A stretch of DNA of 63,998 nucleotides, the filler included, from Ionaspis alba (Eukaryota): NCBI GenBank assembly GCA_964255285.1. It is 3 parts of 3 records of this genome, joined end to end, with 100 filler letters (N's around TTAATTAATTAA, not from the genome) between each part and the next. Parts side by side here need not be neighbours in the genome. Positions count along the whole stretch, not along the records: positions 1 to 23,276 come from CAXUUL010000188.1; positions 23,377 to 46,614 come from CAXUUL010000189.1; 1 more part is not named here. The stretch is one strand, 5' to 3'. Shown here in pieces: positions 11,153 to 23,492 of the stretch (positions within the stretch are counted from its first letter, which is position 1; each line of letters starts with the position of its first letter). Below the pieces are notes generated by a model that made no database searches, was not told where the DNA came from, and was given only the letters and a program-made list of their open reading frames with translations. Made by a program: the position numbers and the translations under genes.

Positions 11153-13414
11153 ATGGCTTGGACCTCTAAATTCAGCTTTCCTAGCTTTGGTCGAGCACCA
11201 AAATCGGATAAGAAAAGCACCCCAAACCTTCAGCAAGACATCCAAAACTCTACATCCGTTCCCAGCAGCATGTCAAAAGCAGAGCGTCTCCTGGGACCTA
11301 CCGAGACGATCAGTGGAAACAGTCCTCGAGTGAAGACGTGCGCAGACTCAACCGGAAGGACTCGGCTCACGAAGTATCCCAGCAGTTTGAGCATCGCTGG
11401 CTCCGAGATGCGAGCTGCTACAACTGCGCAGCGGTGGCACGTCGAGTCGGCACGAAGTACCAGGCCATCCTCGCCAGTGCGGCCTCCGATAGACTACAAC
11501 GGAGCGATTCCGATCATCAGTGTTCCCAACAACTTTGCTGGATCCTCAGTCACATCACAATCCTATTATGACGCCTCAACCTCGCCTTTGTCAATATCAC
11601 AACAGACCTCTGCTTCTTCAGCTCGCGATATGGCACTCCGAAAAGGTTGCCCTCCTGTAGGAAGCGTTTCTCGAGACAACTTATCTCGATCGTTGAGTCC
11701 CGTGTCGAGGAAGAAGGAAAAGCTCGCCTCGCCTCGAGATCCCAAGAACACAAAGCCAAGACCATCGTACATTGACTTGTCCATGGTTCCGCCAAAGCCA
11801 AAGTCCTTGAGACAGTATCTGCACTCGCCGAAGTGGGTCTCCGAGAATCCCTCAAAGACTTCCTTGACTGCCGATTCCAACCCAGTCAGAACAAATACAC
11901 AACGAAGGTGGCTGCGTCAGAAAAACGACCAATCTACAGTCAATAACGCAAACATAATTCTCACTCCACCATATCGCAGCCGTGCAGCTTCTCTTATCCA
12001 CGAACAGGAACTATCGGCTCCCAAAATGGATCGCACAACCCCGACCAAGGTGGTTCAGAATTGGTTGGATGAAGCGGAACGGGAAGACTCTCTCAGAGCT
12101 TCTTCTCGTCAATCGGCGACAAAAAATCAACCGCAGAAAACCGAAGCTTCAATATCGGGCGAATCACCCTCAAGTTCTTCTGAGTCCGTCAGAACTCTAC
12201 ACTCTCAGCTTAGTGGGGATATTTCTAGGACAGTGCCTGTCCCTGATCGTCAATCACTGCATCCATCGACAAGTAGAGACGACGATCGTAGCATAAGCCA
12301 CAAGAGCCGGAAATCAACAATTAGTAAATTTGTCTGCAGCGATCTGCACACGCAAAGCGTCCTTTCGCTTTCTTCATCCGAAGACGAGAGCGAGACAGAT
12401 TCCAAGCGCACGTCTTCGACCAAGCAGCGTTCAGCTCGAAATAGCATAGGTCGTCGGACGGTTCCGCCAGAGGCCCGGGCAACACGCGCAGGTAGATCAG
12501 GATCCGGTTCTTCAAACCACGCTCGGAAAGTACGGGATGGCGGAACTATGAGGGACACAACTCTTCATCCACGAGCAGAGACTAATTCGAGGTCTGACCA
12601 GACCGTACCAATTTCATCAGGTCGATCCTCTCGTCAGCAAGTCCAGTCCGTGAGATGGCAGATCGACGGAAGCCAAGGTACAATCGAGGTCGGTACAGCA
12701 ATTCCAAGCCGTAGAACCGTTCCGAACGTCGAGCCCATCCGAATCGAAGTCCGAGGTCGAGATCCTCGCATGAGCCGCGTAATGGCCGTCACCAAGGAGG
12801 AAGAAAAACTCCTGGAAGCAATGCGCGAAAAGCGAGCCAGCATGCGGAAGACGAATCTCGTGGAGGGGTATAACATCGCCATGGAGCACAGCCTTGTGCC
12901 GAGTCCACCGCGAAGACCAAAGACGGCTGAGGATCACAAACGCCGCTCGTCTTCATTTTTCGAGGCCGATATGTCTTGCTTCCCTGCTCCTCCGGAGTCG
13001 AATGCCATCCCAGCGGTTCGGAAGACACCGCCGGGGATTTCGATCGATGATCTTCATCTGCATCTTGATAGCCGGCATAGCCAGCGGGCGTCGGAGTCGA
13101 ATTCGAGGAATAGCTATATGGCTTTGTCGACTCCGTCGTCGAAACTCAGCTTTGGTGCGTCGGATCTCATGCCTTCGCCAACGACAACGCAGGGAGTGCC
13201 TTCTACGCCGCCGTCAGATGAGCCGGTGCCGGAGCCTTATAAGTCAGGTTTGGCGTCGTCGACAGGGACGTTTTATGATGAGCGGAAGTCCGGGCACTCG
13301 AGAAACAGGACGTATAGCAGTGGATTGATTATCTTCGATGGGACCCAGGAAGGGACGGGAGGGCAGGAGGAGGTTGATCAGCTTGCTCAGTGGGCTATTG
13401 GCACTTGCCTATGA
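11153..13414 (+). CDS. Ser/Arg-rich, largely disordered hypothetical protein (753 aa)
   Basis: Long uninterrupted ORF with short motif-like islands (SISQQTSASSARDMALRKG; SVLSLSSSEDE; RVMAVTKEEEKLLEAMREKR). Confidence 0.8.
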   Translation: MAWTSKFSFPSFGRAPKSDKKSTPNLQQDIQNSTSVPSSMSKAERLLGPTETISGNSPRVKTCADSTGRTRLTKYPSSLSIAGSEMRAATTAQRWHVESARSTRPSSPVRPPIDYNGAIPIISVPNNFAGSSVTSQSYYDASTSPLSISQQTSASSARDMALRKGCPPVGSVSRDNLSRSLSPVSRKKEKLASPRDPKNTKPRPSYIDLSMVPPKPKSLRQYLHSPKWVSENPSKTSLTADSNPVRTNTQRRWLRQKNDQSTVNNANIILTPPYRSRAASLIHEQELSAPKMDRTTPTKVVQNWLDEAEREDSLRASSRQSATKNQPQKTEASISGESPSSSSESVRTLHSQLSGDISRTVPVPDRQSLHPSTSRDDDRSISHKSRKSTISKFVCSDLHTQSVLSLSSSEDESETDSKRTSSTKQRSARNSIGRRTVPPEARATRAGRSGSGSSNHARKVRDGGTMRDTTLHPRAETNSRSDQTVPISSGRSSRQQVQSVRWQIDGSQGTIEVGTAIPSRRTVPNVEPIRIEVRGRDPRMSRVMAVTKEEEKLLEAMREKRASMRKTNLVEGYNIAMEHSLVPSPPRRPKTAEDHKRRSSSFFEADMSCFPAPPESNAIPAVRKTPPGISIDDLHLHLDSRHSQRASESNSRNSYMALSTPSSKLSFGASDLMPSPTTTQGVPSTPPSDEPVPEPYKSGLASSTGTFYDERKSGHSRNRTYSSGLIIFDGTQEGTGGQEEVDQLAQWAIGTCL

Positions 13415-14248
13415 AATTTCCGAAGTTATTTGGTGGGAGGCTTTTTGGTTTGGAGGTTTGATATGTCTCGGGATCTAGCATTTTGTTTTTTTATCGATAT
13501 TTGCTTGGTCTATTGCACATAGAATTGCTCTGCGAATTTTCCTCTGTCTCTGTGATACCCGTCGCCTCTAGGTCGGGAATTGGTTCCGTTGTCAAACAGT
13601 TTTTTTGGTTGCTTTAGATAACGCCAGGCAAATACTGCTCACTGACTCTATATTGTCACATGTATATAATACAATCCTACTTTCTACATCCCAATCTCTA
13701 GCATCCTTCAACCAATAGATATTAGGTTAGATCAGAATCCCTAGAAACTCGCCGTTGTCCCGTATACGTGACATTTTGAGGTCACACGCATCGTTACTCA
13801 CCGCTTGGCTGTCCTCGGCCTCTGGATTCGTGGCTTTCCGCCGAGGCTCCCCTCAATAGTAATGTGTTTGGAATATCTCCAGACAGATATTACAACTTAC
13901 TACAGACATCCAATATCAAGAATATCATTTAGCCTTTAATGCATATGCACTGAGATCGATACATCAGGAGAATTCTTATTGGTTCTGCAACCACTTACCG
14001 CGCTGCGCCATGCTGCTCTTGGCATTAGGGATCACCGCCGGAAGTCACGTCCGCCGCGGACTCCTTTGAATACAGCAGACTGCAAAAGAAATTTCTAGCA
14101 GAGCCAACTCGTACGGACGATTCACTCCTTTGATTGACCCAACATCCACTCCTTTCAGTTAGAAGTTCTCTCAGCGACTACTGCCATTGGGCCTATTCCG
14201 TTCCCTTGAAAACCGGCCACAAGCTTTCCCCGGCCAAGGTCAGCAACT

Positions 14249-15859
14249 ATGGGCTTGGGGGAAGGTCCCCGGCGTGCTGCAGCGGCCACATGGATGGGAA
14301 TACCTATGAAACATGTTTCTTTGGTGACTGTGAGTGTCTTAAGCAGTTTGCGGGGAGAGAAAGGTATACTGACACCGACGCAGCTTACGATACAAAATTC
14401 TGCGCTCATTCTTGTAAGGCCCCCTAAACGAATCCTTCCAAACACAGCGGGACTCTATCGATCCAAGTTGGGAATTGGACATCAAGCTCATGAACTCAAC
14501 AGATATTATATTATTCACGGGTAATGCCACCGGTTGGCGGGAGAAGATATTTCACCTCAACGGCAGGCAAGTCGAGGTCTCGTGCATCTGAAAAAGGGGG
14601 AGTCTCGCTGACAAGCAATACGTAGTCTTCCTGAATGAAGTCCTCAAACTCGGCATCAGCCTCACAATCGCCCTCTACGAAATTTCACGAACCCTCTCTC
14701 CCTCTCTGCCAGCAACATCACTCTTCAGCTCCCTCACAAGCGCTGTCTTCACCGGAGATAGCTGGAAGCTTGCAATACCCGCGAGCTTGTATACTTTACA
14801 AAACACCTTACAATACATCGCCATTTCAAACCTTGACGCTGCCACACTGCAGGTCACATACCAATTCAAGATTCTCCCCACCGCACTTTTCAGTGTGCTA
14901 CTACTGAGAAGATCGCTGTCGGCGCGGAAATGGGCTGCTCTGGGTCTGCTCATGTTCGGAGTAGCAATTGTTCAGATACCAACCGCCAAATCGAGTTCCA
15001 TGAACCCTCTGAAGGAAGCCCACTCGCGGATGTACTTCCCGCGATCGATAGATGATCTCAAGCATTGGGGCGGAGCGGCCACGAAACCACTATACAAGCG
15101 ATCTGCGACCTACGAAGGAATAGAAGAAGACCTCATGCTGGAGAACCCTCATATGAACGCCGTGATTGGGCTGGCAGCTGCCCTTGCCGCATGCGTTGTT
15201 TCTGCACTCGCGTCGGTATACTTTGAGAAGATCTTGAAGGAGTCTACGACTTCTGTTTCGATCTGGGTGCGCAATGTGCAGCTTGCGTTTTATTCTTTGT
15301 TTCCGGCGCTTTTCATTGGCGTGATCTTTGTGGATGGAGAGTCCATTGCAAAGAGTGGCTTTTTCGTGGGCTATAATTGGGTGGTATGGACGACGATAGC
15401 GTTCCAAGCTATGGGAGGCATTGTGGTAGCATTATGTGTGTATTATGCCGATTCGATTGTCAAGGGCATTGCGACTTCCATAAGCATTCTGATTAGCTTG
15501 TTTGCGAGCATGTTGTTTTTCAACTTTACACTCACGCTCAATGTAAGTCGTCTCTGCTCGATGAAGCGGACTTCAGCTCACGTCCGCAGTTTCTCATCGG
15601 CACTTGCGTGGTCATTTTCGCGACATATCTCTACAACAGCCACGATCGACCACGACCTCCTCCAGTCCGCATCCACAGCTACGAGAAAACAACCATCGAC
15701 TCCGAGCCTGCACGACAGCGGGAGTTCACTCTCAAAGCACCCACAACGCCTCTCAAGAGCGAAGCGTTGACAACTTCAAGGCCAGGATCTCCCCTTCTCC
15801 ATCATTCAAGGAGGGGGTCCTCGCGAGGTTATTTCGCTGCGAAGCATCGAGATGAGTAG
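14249..15859 (+). CDS. UDP-galactose / nucleotide-sugar transporter (SLC35A, Gms1-like)
   Basis: Spliced model gives MKHVSLVT/LTIQNSALIL/ILYYSRVMPPVGGRRYFTSTAVFLNEVLKL, YTLQNTLQYIAISNLDAATLQVTYQFKILPTA, SVYFEKILK and YADSIVKGIATS. Multi-TM. One GC-AG intron at 14567-14625. Confidence 0.92.
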
Positions 15860-16479
15860 CATTAGTTGCACATATTGTCACGAAGGCGTATATAGAGATG
15901 GGGCATGGTAGGGTTCGGGAGGCATTAGAAGAAGCATGTTGTATGAGTAAGGAGGGGACCATGGTCAGCGTTGTGTTGTGTTACATACTAGCGGGCTACT
16001 TTGCAGTAGATTGCATATTTATAGTGTACGAGGCGATGATATTGGATGAGTGTGGGAGGTAATGGTGTCTTGAGTGTTTAGAAATTATTTTGGAGTAGAA
16101 TTGATATGGAAGGAGAATGTGTGAGCTCAATGAGATTCCGAATTTTCTCCATCTGTTTCGGTGTGGAGATTGTGTGTTCTCACCTTCAACTTGAATCTAT
16201 ATTGATCCACTTCATCACTCGTACATTGCTGGAAGCTTCAACAGATCTGGGACTCGCTGTCACATAACCGAAATCTCGCGTGATTATGGAAGGCTTTGGC
16301 CGAAGTGGTTTTCATCAGAAAATCCTTCCCATTTATACTGCCATATTTCTAACCACACTACCACTCTAGCTGAATGCATCTTTTCTCATCATGGTTATCT
16401 CAGTATGTTACCTCGTTGAAGCTTGAGTTCAACCAGTTTCGTGTTTCCTATATCGGATACAAGACTGTGTAGCTTAGGA

Positions 16480-19400
16480 ATGGATGATTTGGAAGGAGGA
16501 TTTTCTTTTCAAGGTCGTCCCCAACGTCGACGATTGAGCTTCCAGAACCCCACCGCATTCAGCCAAGAGACGGAAAGGTCCAACATATTCTCTCAATATG
16601 CCTTTGAAGCTCGAGATCCTCTAACATCGGCCTATGCAAGGCCAGGAAATACCCAGGTCCAGCGGAATGATTACCGTGAGCTGGCCTATGATGGTGCTAA
16701 TGCGTCTCTAGATGACTATGGTCTATCAATACCGTCTTTACACCTAGTATGTCTGCCACTGATATACCACAGATCGTGCTCTACTCGCAGAACCCTACCA
16801 AGATCGCCATTGGCAAGCCAGCCGTGGGATCAATCGTCTGTCTCTGCCACCAAGACCAACGGATCCTCAGCCAGGGGATGGTTCCTATGGATTGCCGTCA
16901 GCCAGAGGATTCTTGCCATCATCATCCAGTGGGGTTTACCAAGACTATCATCAGGACCAAGAAAATCGTGATCTTCCTGAATATCCTCTTGTGAGGAAAT
17001 CATCTATTACAGTCAGGTCTGCCACCCGGAGGCCACTCTCGTCGTTTTCATCTCGTTATCTACCGGATAGCTCTTCTCCATCCGGTCATGTGCAATCGAG
17101 CCCTTCCTTCCATGTTAGCCAACGTAGAAGACCTCGAGGTCCACGCCAGGAGGACAACGTTGATGTTGAACGTACCTCGGAACCTCGTCGCCCTATGCTT
17201 GACCTGCCACATGCCTTTTTACAGCCAAGCAAGAAGGCTTCGAACCATGGTTTACCCATGGTTCAGGGCATCCAGCTTGTTTCTTTGCTTGATCTTCCTG
17301 ATCGTTTTCGTTCTCTTTTCCATTTTCAATTGTTCAATGCTGTGCAGTCAAAATGCTTTGAGATAATCTACAAGTCTGATGATAACCTTGTCCTGTCAGC
17401 GCCAACCGGAAGTGGAAAAACCGTACTCCTCGAATTGGCAATTTGCCGGCTTGTATCGGGCTTCCAGTCTGATCAGTACAAGATCGTCTACATGGCTCCG
17501 ACCAAGTCACTGTGCTCGGAGCGGCAGCGAGACTGGCAACTGAAGTTCCGCAGTCTTGGTTTGGACTGCGCAGAGTTGACAGGGGACACTGACCAGGCTC
17601 AGTTACGGAATGTGCAGAGTGCTAACATTATCATCACCACACCGGAGAAGTGGGACAGCATGACAAGGAAGTGGAAGGATCATGCAAAACTTATGCAACT
17701 AGTAAAGCTCTTTCTTATCGATGAAGTCCACATCTTGAAAGAGACTCGTGGAGCTACGTTGGAGGCAGTGGTGTCGCGCATGAAGTCTGTAGGGTCAAGT
17801 GTCAGGTTTGTTGCGCTGAGTGCTACAGTACCTAACTCGAAAGACATCGCCACATGGTTGGGGAAGGATCCTACGCACCAATATCTACCTGCTCAGCGTG
17901 AACGGTTTGGAGAAGAATTCCGACCTGTTAAGCTTCAGAAATTCGTGTATGGACTAGCATTTAGAGGCAACGACTTTGCTTTTGACACAATCTGCGATTC
18001 CAAGTAAGTGTCATCCTTTCTTGAGCCCAAAATGCCAGAGCTGACTTCGTGAAGATTACCAGACTTGATTGCTAAGCATTCAGCTAAGAAGCCAATTATG
18101 GTCTTCTGTTGTACTAGGAAGTCCACAATGTCAACTGCCAAACTTCTTGCAAATAGATGGATGACGTCTAGTCCTCGTGATCGACAGTGGCCAGTACCTT
18201 CAGTGGTGCCTGCTGTGTTCGATGCAGAACTGAAGGCTACACTGGCTTCTGGAGTTGCCTTTCATCATGCTGGACTCGATGGATTCGATCGCCAAGCAGT
18301 AGAAAAGGGCTTCCTTGATGGCAATATCAGTGTCATCTGCTGTACCTCTACTCTTGCAGTCGGCGTCAATCTGCCATGCCACCTCGTGATCATCAAGAAT
18401 ACTGTTAGCTGGCAAGATGAGGGACTAAAGGAATATGCCGATCTCGAGATGATGCAGATGCTTGGACGTGCTGGGAGGTAAGTCTCGGAACTCTCATCCA
18501 TAGCAGCGTACTGAAGACCCAAAGGCCACAATTCGATACTACTGCAGTGGCGATCATAATCACCAGGCAGGAGAAGGTCAAAAAATACGAGAGGCTAGTT
18601 TCGGGTGAAGAACTTCTTGAGAGTTGGTAAGTGGGCCCGTGGACTTCTCTGGCATGATATATTCTAACCATGACTGTAGCCTACATCTCAATCTCATTGA
18701 CCATCTGGTACGTGTCCTCTAGCACTTCTCGAGTGATGCAGCTGTGGCTGATTACCTGTCGTAGAATGCAGAAATCGGATTAGGGACAGTGCATGATCTA
18801 CACACTGCCAAAAAGTGGCTAGGTGGAACATTCCTCTTCGTACGGCTTGCTCAGAACCCGAGCCACTACAAGCTCGAAGGGGATGCGAAGGGAAGGAGCC
18901 TAGACGAGAGAATTGAGCAGATTTGTGAACGAGATATCCATCTGTTACAGGAAACAAATCTCGTCTTGACACAAGACAAGCTCAGGAGCACGGCATTTGG
19001 CGAAGCCATGACTCGATATTACGTTAAGTTTGAGACGATGAGAGCTCTTCTTAGCTTGCCCCCAAAGGCAAAGATGTCAGAGATAGTAAGGAAAGATAAA
19101 ATAAACTATGCAGACAGTGCTAATACATTGTCATCAGTTGTCTGTTCTTGTCGAAGCTGAAGAGTTTCACGAAGTCCGTTATCGAAGTGGGGAGAAGAGT
19201 CTCTACAAAGCTCTGAATTCTGCTAGTGGCATCAAGTTTCCCATCAAAATAGACATTGCCCTTCCTACACAGAAGCGCTCCATCATCATTCAAGCCGAGC
19301 TTGGAGGAGTAGATTTCCCACAGGATGAGCAGTTTGGAAAGCACAAGAAACAGTATCAGCAGGATAGAGCCATATTGTTCTCCCACATTCACCGGCTTAT

Positions 19401-21682
19401 TCGTTGCGTTATCGACTGTCAAGTTCAGCTGCAGGATGCACCGGCCACAAGACATGCTCTGGAACTGGCTCGCAGTCTTAGTACCAGAGTCTGGGACAAT
19501 TCCCCTCTTCAGATGAAACAGGTGCCAAATATTGGACCTGTCGCCGTGCGAAAACTCGTAACGGCTGGAATCAATAGCCTAGAAGCGTTGGAGGAAGCCG
19601 AACCACATCGGATCAACATGCTCCTCAGTAAGCAACCTGGGTTTGGTGAGAAGATTATCAATACTCTGAAGGGCTTTCCAAAGCTCAGAGTCTCCATCAA
19701 AGTGATGGGAAAGGTATTCAAGTCCAGGTCATGTAAATAATGATACTGACTTTCTAAAGGATTTGAAGCACGGCCAGCTTCCCAGGATCAGGTTGAAAGC
19801 AGAACTAGGCTTCCTGAACGAGAAGGTTCCAATCGTCTTCATCAAGAAGCCAGTATATGTCTGCTTCATTGCCGAGAGATCAGACGGCAATCTGATTGAC
19901 TTTCGACGTATGAGGTAAGCTTCTCCTGATCGACTAGAGATTCCTGTTCATGGTATCTAGTGCTAAGTCTATTGGCAATGGCGATGACGTCCTTCTCTCG
20001 GCTGAGTTGTCTCACGAAGACCACTACATTACCTGCTACGTCATGTGCGACGAGATTGGTAGAGCCATCAAATTCACTTCAACGCACAGAACTGACGGTG
20101 TTCGCAGCTGGTACCATGCGGTATGCAGAGCTGAAGCCTAGTCTTCCAGCCTCTGTCTTCCCACCTCGAGCTCAACCGGAAGCGGTGGACTCGCCTGTGA
20201 CGCCTCAAAGACCCGAATCGAATATTTCTAGAAGACGTTCTGGGAATGGCGCGGGCTTTCGCACCGCTTTGGAGACTTACAAAGAGGGAGACGACTTTGA
20301 TGATGGAATTGACGACACCGATCTAGTTGCAGCAGGTAATATCGATTCACAATCAAAATTGTGCGTCTGTTCACTGATCCGTCACTGAGAATAGCGGATC
20401 AACTAGAATTCAATACCATCGAAGAGATCGAAAGAAGAGGTAAGGCTTTCACTAATTCCACAAAGAGCCAAGTAGCTCTTGTAGATGAGGATTGGGAGCC
20501 TGAACGTCTTGGGAATGGCAAGTGGGCATGCAACCACAAATGCAAGGACAAATCAGCGTATGTGTGAAACTCTAGTAGCTTCTGATCCACGAGCTAAATG
20601 TGTCCAGTTGCAAGCACTTGTGTTGCCGCGAAGGCGTAGACAAGGCACCCAGAGCGCCCAAGAGGCCTTCTGGGCCGAAAGAACCAAGCAGGAGCACACA
20701 ATCAGAACTGGCCTTCAGTCCCAACAAGACTTCTATTTCTACAACCTTCAAAAATAACCGGGTACACCCGATCAAGAATCGAGGCAATTCGAAAGTTGAG
20801 GTACTGGACATGACCTCAGGGAGGGACCGGGAAGAATATGCCAAGTATGGTCCTCGTGAGTTCCGAAAGCTCAATGAGCTACATAAAAGTGTAGTTCGCG
20901 TACCTCCTGCGCGTTTGGTCGGGTCGAAACAACAAGAGCCACCCCAAGAATCTGGAGAACAGCCAAGCAATCCCTTCTTGATCAACGATGCTGATACCGG
21001 GAGGCCAGGTGTGAGGACGTCCACTGACTATGGTTGGAGCGATCTAGACGACTTTCCCTCACCTTCGGCGTTCCTAAAAGGTCAGGGCGAAGAATCAGAC
21101 CACGAGCGCAGACCATCTTCGAAGACCCACAAGAGATTTTCAGCTCTTGGTGCAGGGTTTGGTGAGAGGGAAGGAACCAAGGGATATGAAGGGAGAGAAT
21201 ATTCTTCAGAAAGCAGTATCCCCCTTGACGACACACAGCCGGTCTCCCGCGAGGACGACTTTCAGCATGATGAGATCGACGAAGATTACTTTCATGATTT
21301 TCCCGATGCCGCTGGTTCCAGAGCGGAGGTACAAGCAAGATCTCCGTCTCGACCTCCGGGTCATTCAAGCCTCGCCATGAGATCACAAGATGAGAGCCTT
21401 TTCCTGTCCACAGATAGTCCTAAACAATTTCCATCTCATTCTCCGAGTACGAAGACGCAACATCAAAAGCGATCTCAGGATATTCAGGACAACGATGATC
21501 CACCTGCAAAGAGAGCACACATGGGTCCGGAAGAATCTCGTCGCCCTCTCGAAGCCTCTGTCTACAACCACAACCAGACCCCTGTCTCGGAGATGAAGAA
21601 CAAGCTCCAGCCATGGGAAGATATGACAGGTATCGACATGGATTTACTGGCCGAATATGCTGATTACGTAGAATTTGTGTGA
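16480..21682 (+). CDS. MER3: Meiotic ZMM crossover helicase Mer3/HFM1 (Ski2-like DExH + Sec63)
   Basis: FNAVQSKCF, APTGSGKT, TPEKWDSMTRKWKD, DEVH, SAT, GVAFHHAGL, TSTLAVGVNLP and QMLGRAGRPQFD. Sec63 region, then the Mer3-typical C-terminal CNHKCKDK..CKHLCCREG motif. About 10 introns. The start is tentative. Confidence 0.93.
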
Positions 21683-22374
21683 GTCGAGAGCTTCAATTTT
21701 GGTCTAGCTTTCGTACCTGTCTATTTGCTGAGCTATGTAACGTCTTTGCCATATACCAGCTAGCCATATCTTGCAGGTAGAAACAAGCATTTGTTAAGAC
21801 AAAACTTCAATTTTGGTGGCCTCGATCGTCGAGATGCCCCTGCAAGTTCAACGGATCGATGTCCTGACTGTGCCATGTTGTCATCGTTGTAGCCATGCCA
21901 AAACCGTGCCCCGAACTACACCGACAAGCAATTTCTAGAGCTCCAGCTGAAAGTTATGCAGAGTCCCGCAACAGTGAATGACTGACGCGGCTGTGTACCG
22001 CGGCTTAATGTTTTACCAAAATTGACGACTTCCGGAACATTCCTTCTGGGTCAACACTTACAACAACTCTGTGTGGATGAGGGTAAGTAGAGCACGCACT
22101 TCCTCTCTCAACTTCGGTGTCCTTACCTTCATGATGGCTTGGAGACATGTTACCATTGTGCACAAAAGCTTTTGTTCTTCATGGTAACTCTGGTTGACCA
22201 GCCTTGCTTTGGTTGCTCTTTCCTTTCTTATCAGCCCAATCTTTTAAGAGGTTGCTGCCGAGCGACCCCGGACAGCAAGGCATTGCATGAGCATTAGCTA
22301 AATCGGGGTCAGCTTGGACTTCACTAGTGTCACGTTCACGGCTTAGCAATCTGGTACTACTCTCTGTTGCAGCC

Positions 22375-23276
22375 ATGGGGAAATTTCATTACGTGAATGT
22401 CTGTCCGAGGCTCTATATAGCACGTGAAGACCATGGACTGATGTGGGCATATGCAGCGCAAATCGGATGGCTTGAAGCTTGGCCAGGTAATTGCCAAAGA
22501 CCTGGTAAGCAGAGGCATGGACATCACTGTGTTTCAATTCTAGGAAGCTCATGTGATGCCAGCTCAAACGCATACCTCCAGGTGCCAACCACAAAGCGGC
22601 GTTGCGGGATCCAAGCATTGACCTGGATGTGTCAGGGAGATCTCTGACTGATGAAGGTCTGAAAGAGGTGGCTGAGGCACTTATCACATCCATTGCATAT
22701 GAAGATGAGCATGGAAGAGTGGTCAAGCTAGAAGAAGCATGTCTGAAAGACAACGCTATCACTGCCCAGTCACTGCGGAGGCTAGGCAAAGTGGTAGCGT
22801 CGGCAGCATGCGACCTTAGGGATTTAGACCTCTCGAACAATTGCATCAGTATCAGGTCCAGTGAGGATGCCGCTGCTTGGGAGGACTTTCTGCGCTCTTT
22901 CTCCAATAGCTGCGTGATGAGAAGAGTAGACTTAAGCGGCAATGCGTTAGGCCCAAAGGCTTTCGAGGTACTGGCAAAGATATACTGCATGGAAGTCTCA
23001 AATGGCCAACAAGCCACAAGAGAGCCTGGACTTTCTTCACCTCGAACCCCAATAACACCTGGACTTTCAACAAATGGGATGGAGGGATTGTTGCAAGTGA
23101 CAAGAAACATGACCATCTCGAGTGATCTTGATCAGCGCCATGCAGGTAGTGGCAGCCTGGCAGGGAAGAACACCAATGAGCGAAATGGTTCAATGCAAGG
23201 TACAGAACTCGTGGCAAACTCATTTCAGACGCTGACCTACCGTTCGACGTGTAGGATCGATCCCACGGAATAGCTC
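22375..23276 (+). CDS. Leucine-rich-repeat (RNI-like) protein, 3' truncated by contig end
   Basis: LDVSGRSLTDEG, LEEACLKDNAIT, LRDLDLSNNCI and MRRVDLSGNALG repeats. Small 5' exons from ATG 22375. Runs into the spacer. Confidence 0.75.
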
Positions 23277-23376
23277 NNNNNNNNNNNNNNNNNNNNNNNN
23301 NNNNNNNNNNNNNNNNNNNNTTAATTAATTAANNNNNNNNNNNNNNNNNNNNNNNNNNNNNNNNNNNNNNNNNNNN
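23277..23376. other. Artificial contig-joining spacer
   Basis: N44-TTAATTAATTAA-N44, a palindromic linker with stops in all six frames. Confidence 0.97.
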
Positions 23377-23492
23377 TTCTCGTGTTATACAATAGGACTA
23401 TCCCTTCCAGGTGCATCCCTACCAGAAGCGCAGCCCACCATACATACACTCATGACAGTTTCCTATCCATAATTTCATATTCCATACATCCA

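Noticed and set aside
23321..23332. Perfect palindrome TTAATTAATTAA (also at 46659-46670)
   Set aside because: Embedded symmetrically in Ns; a synthetic all-frame stop linker.
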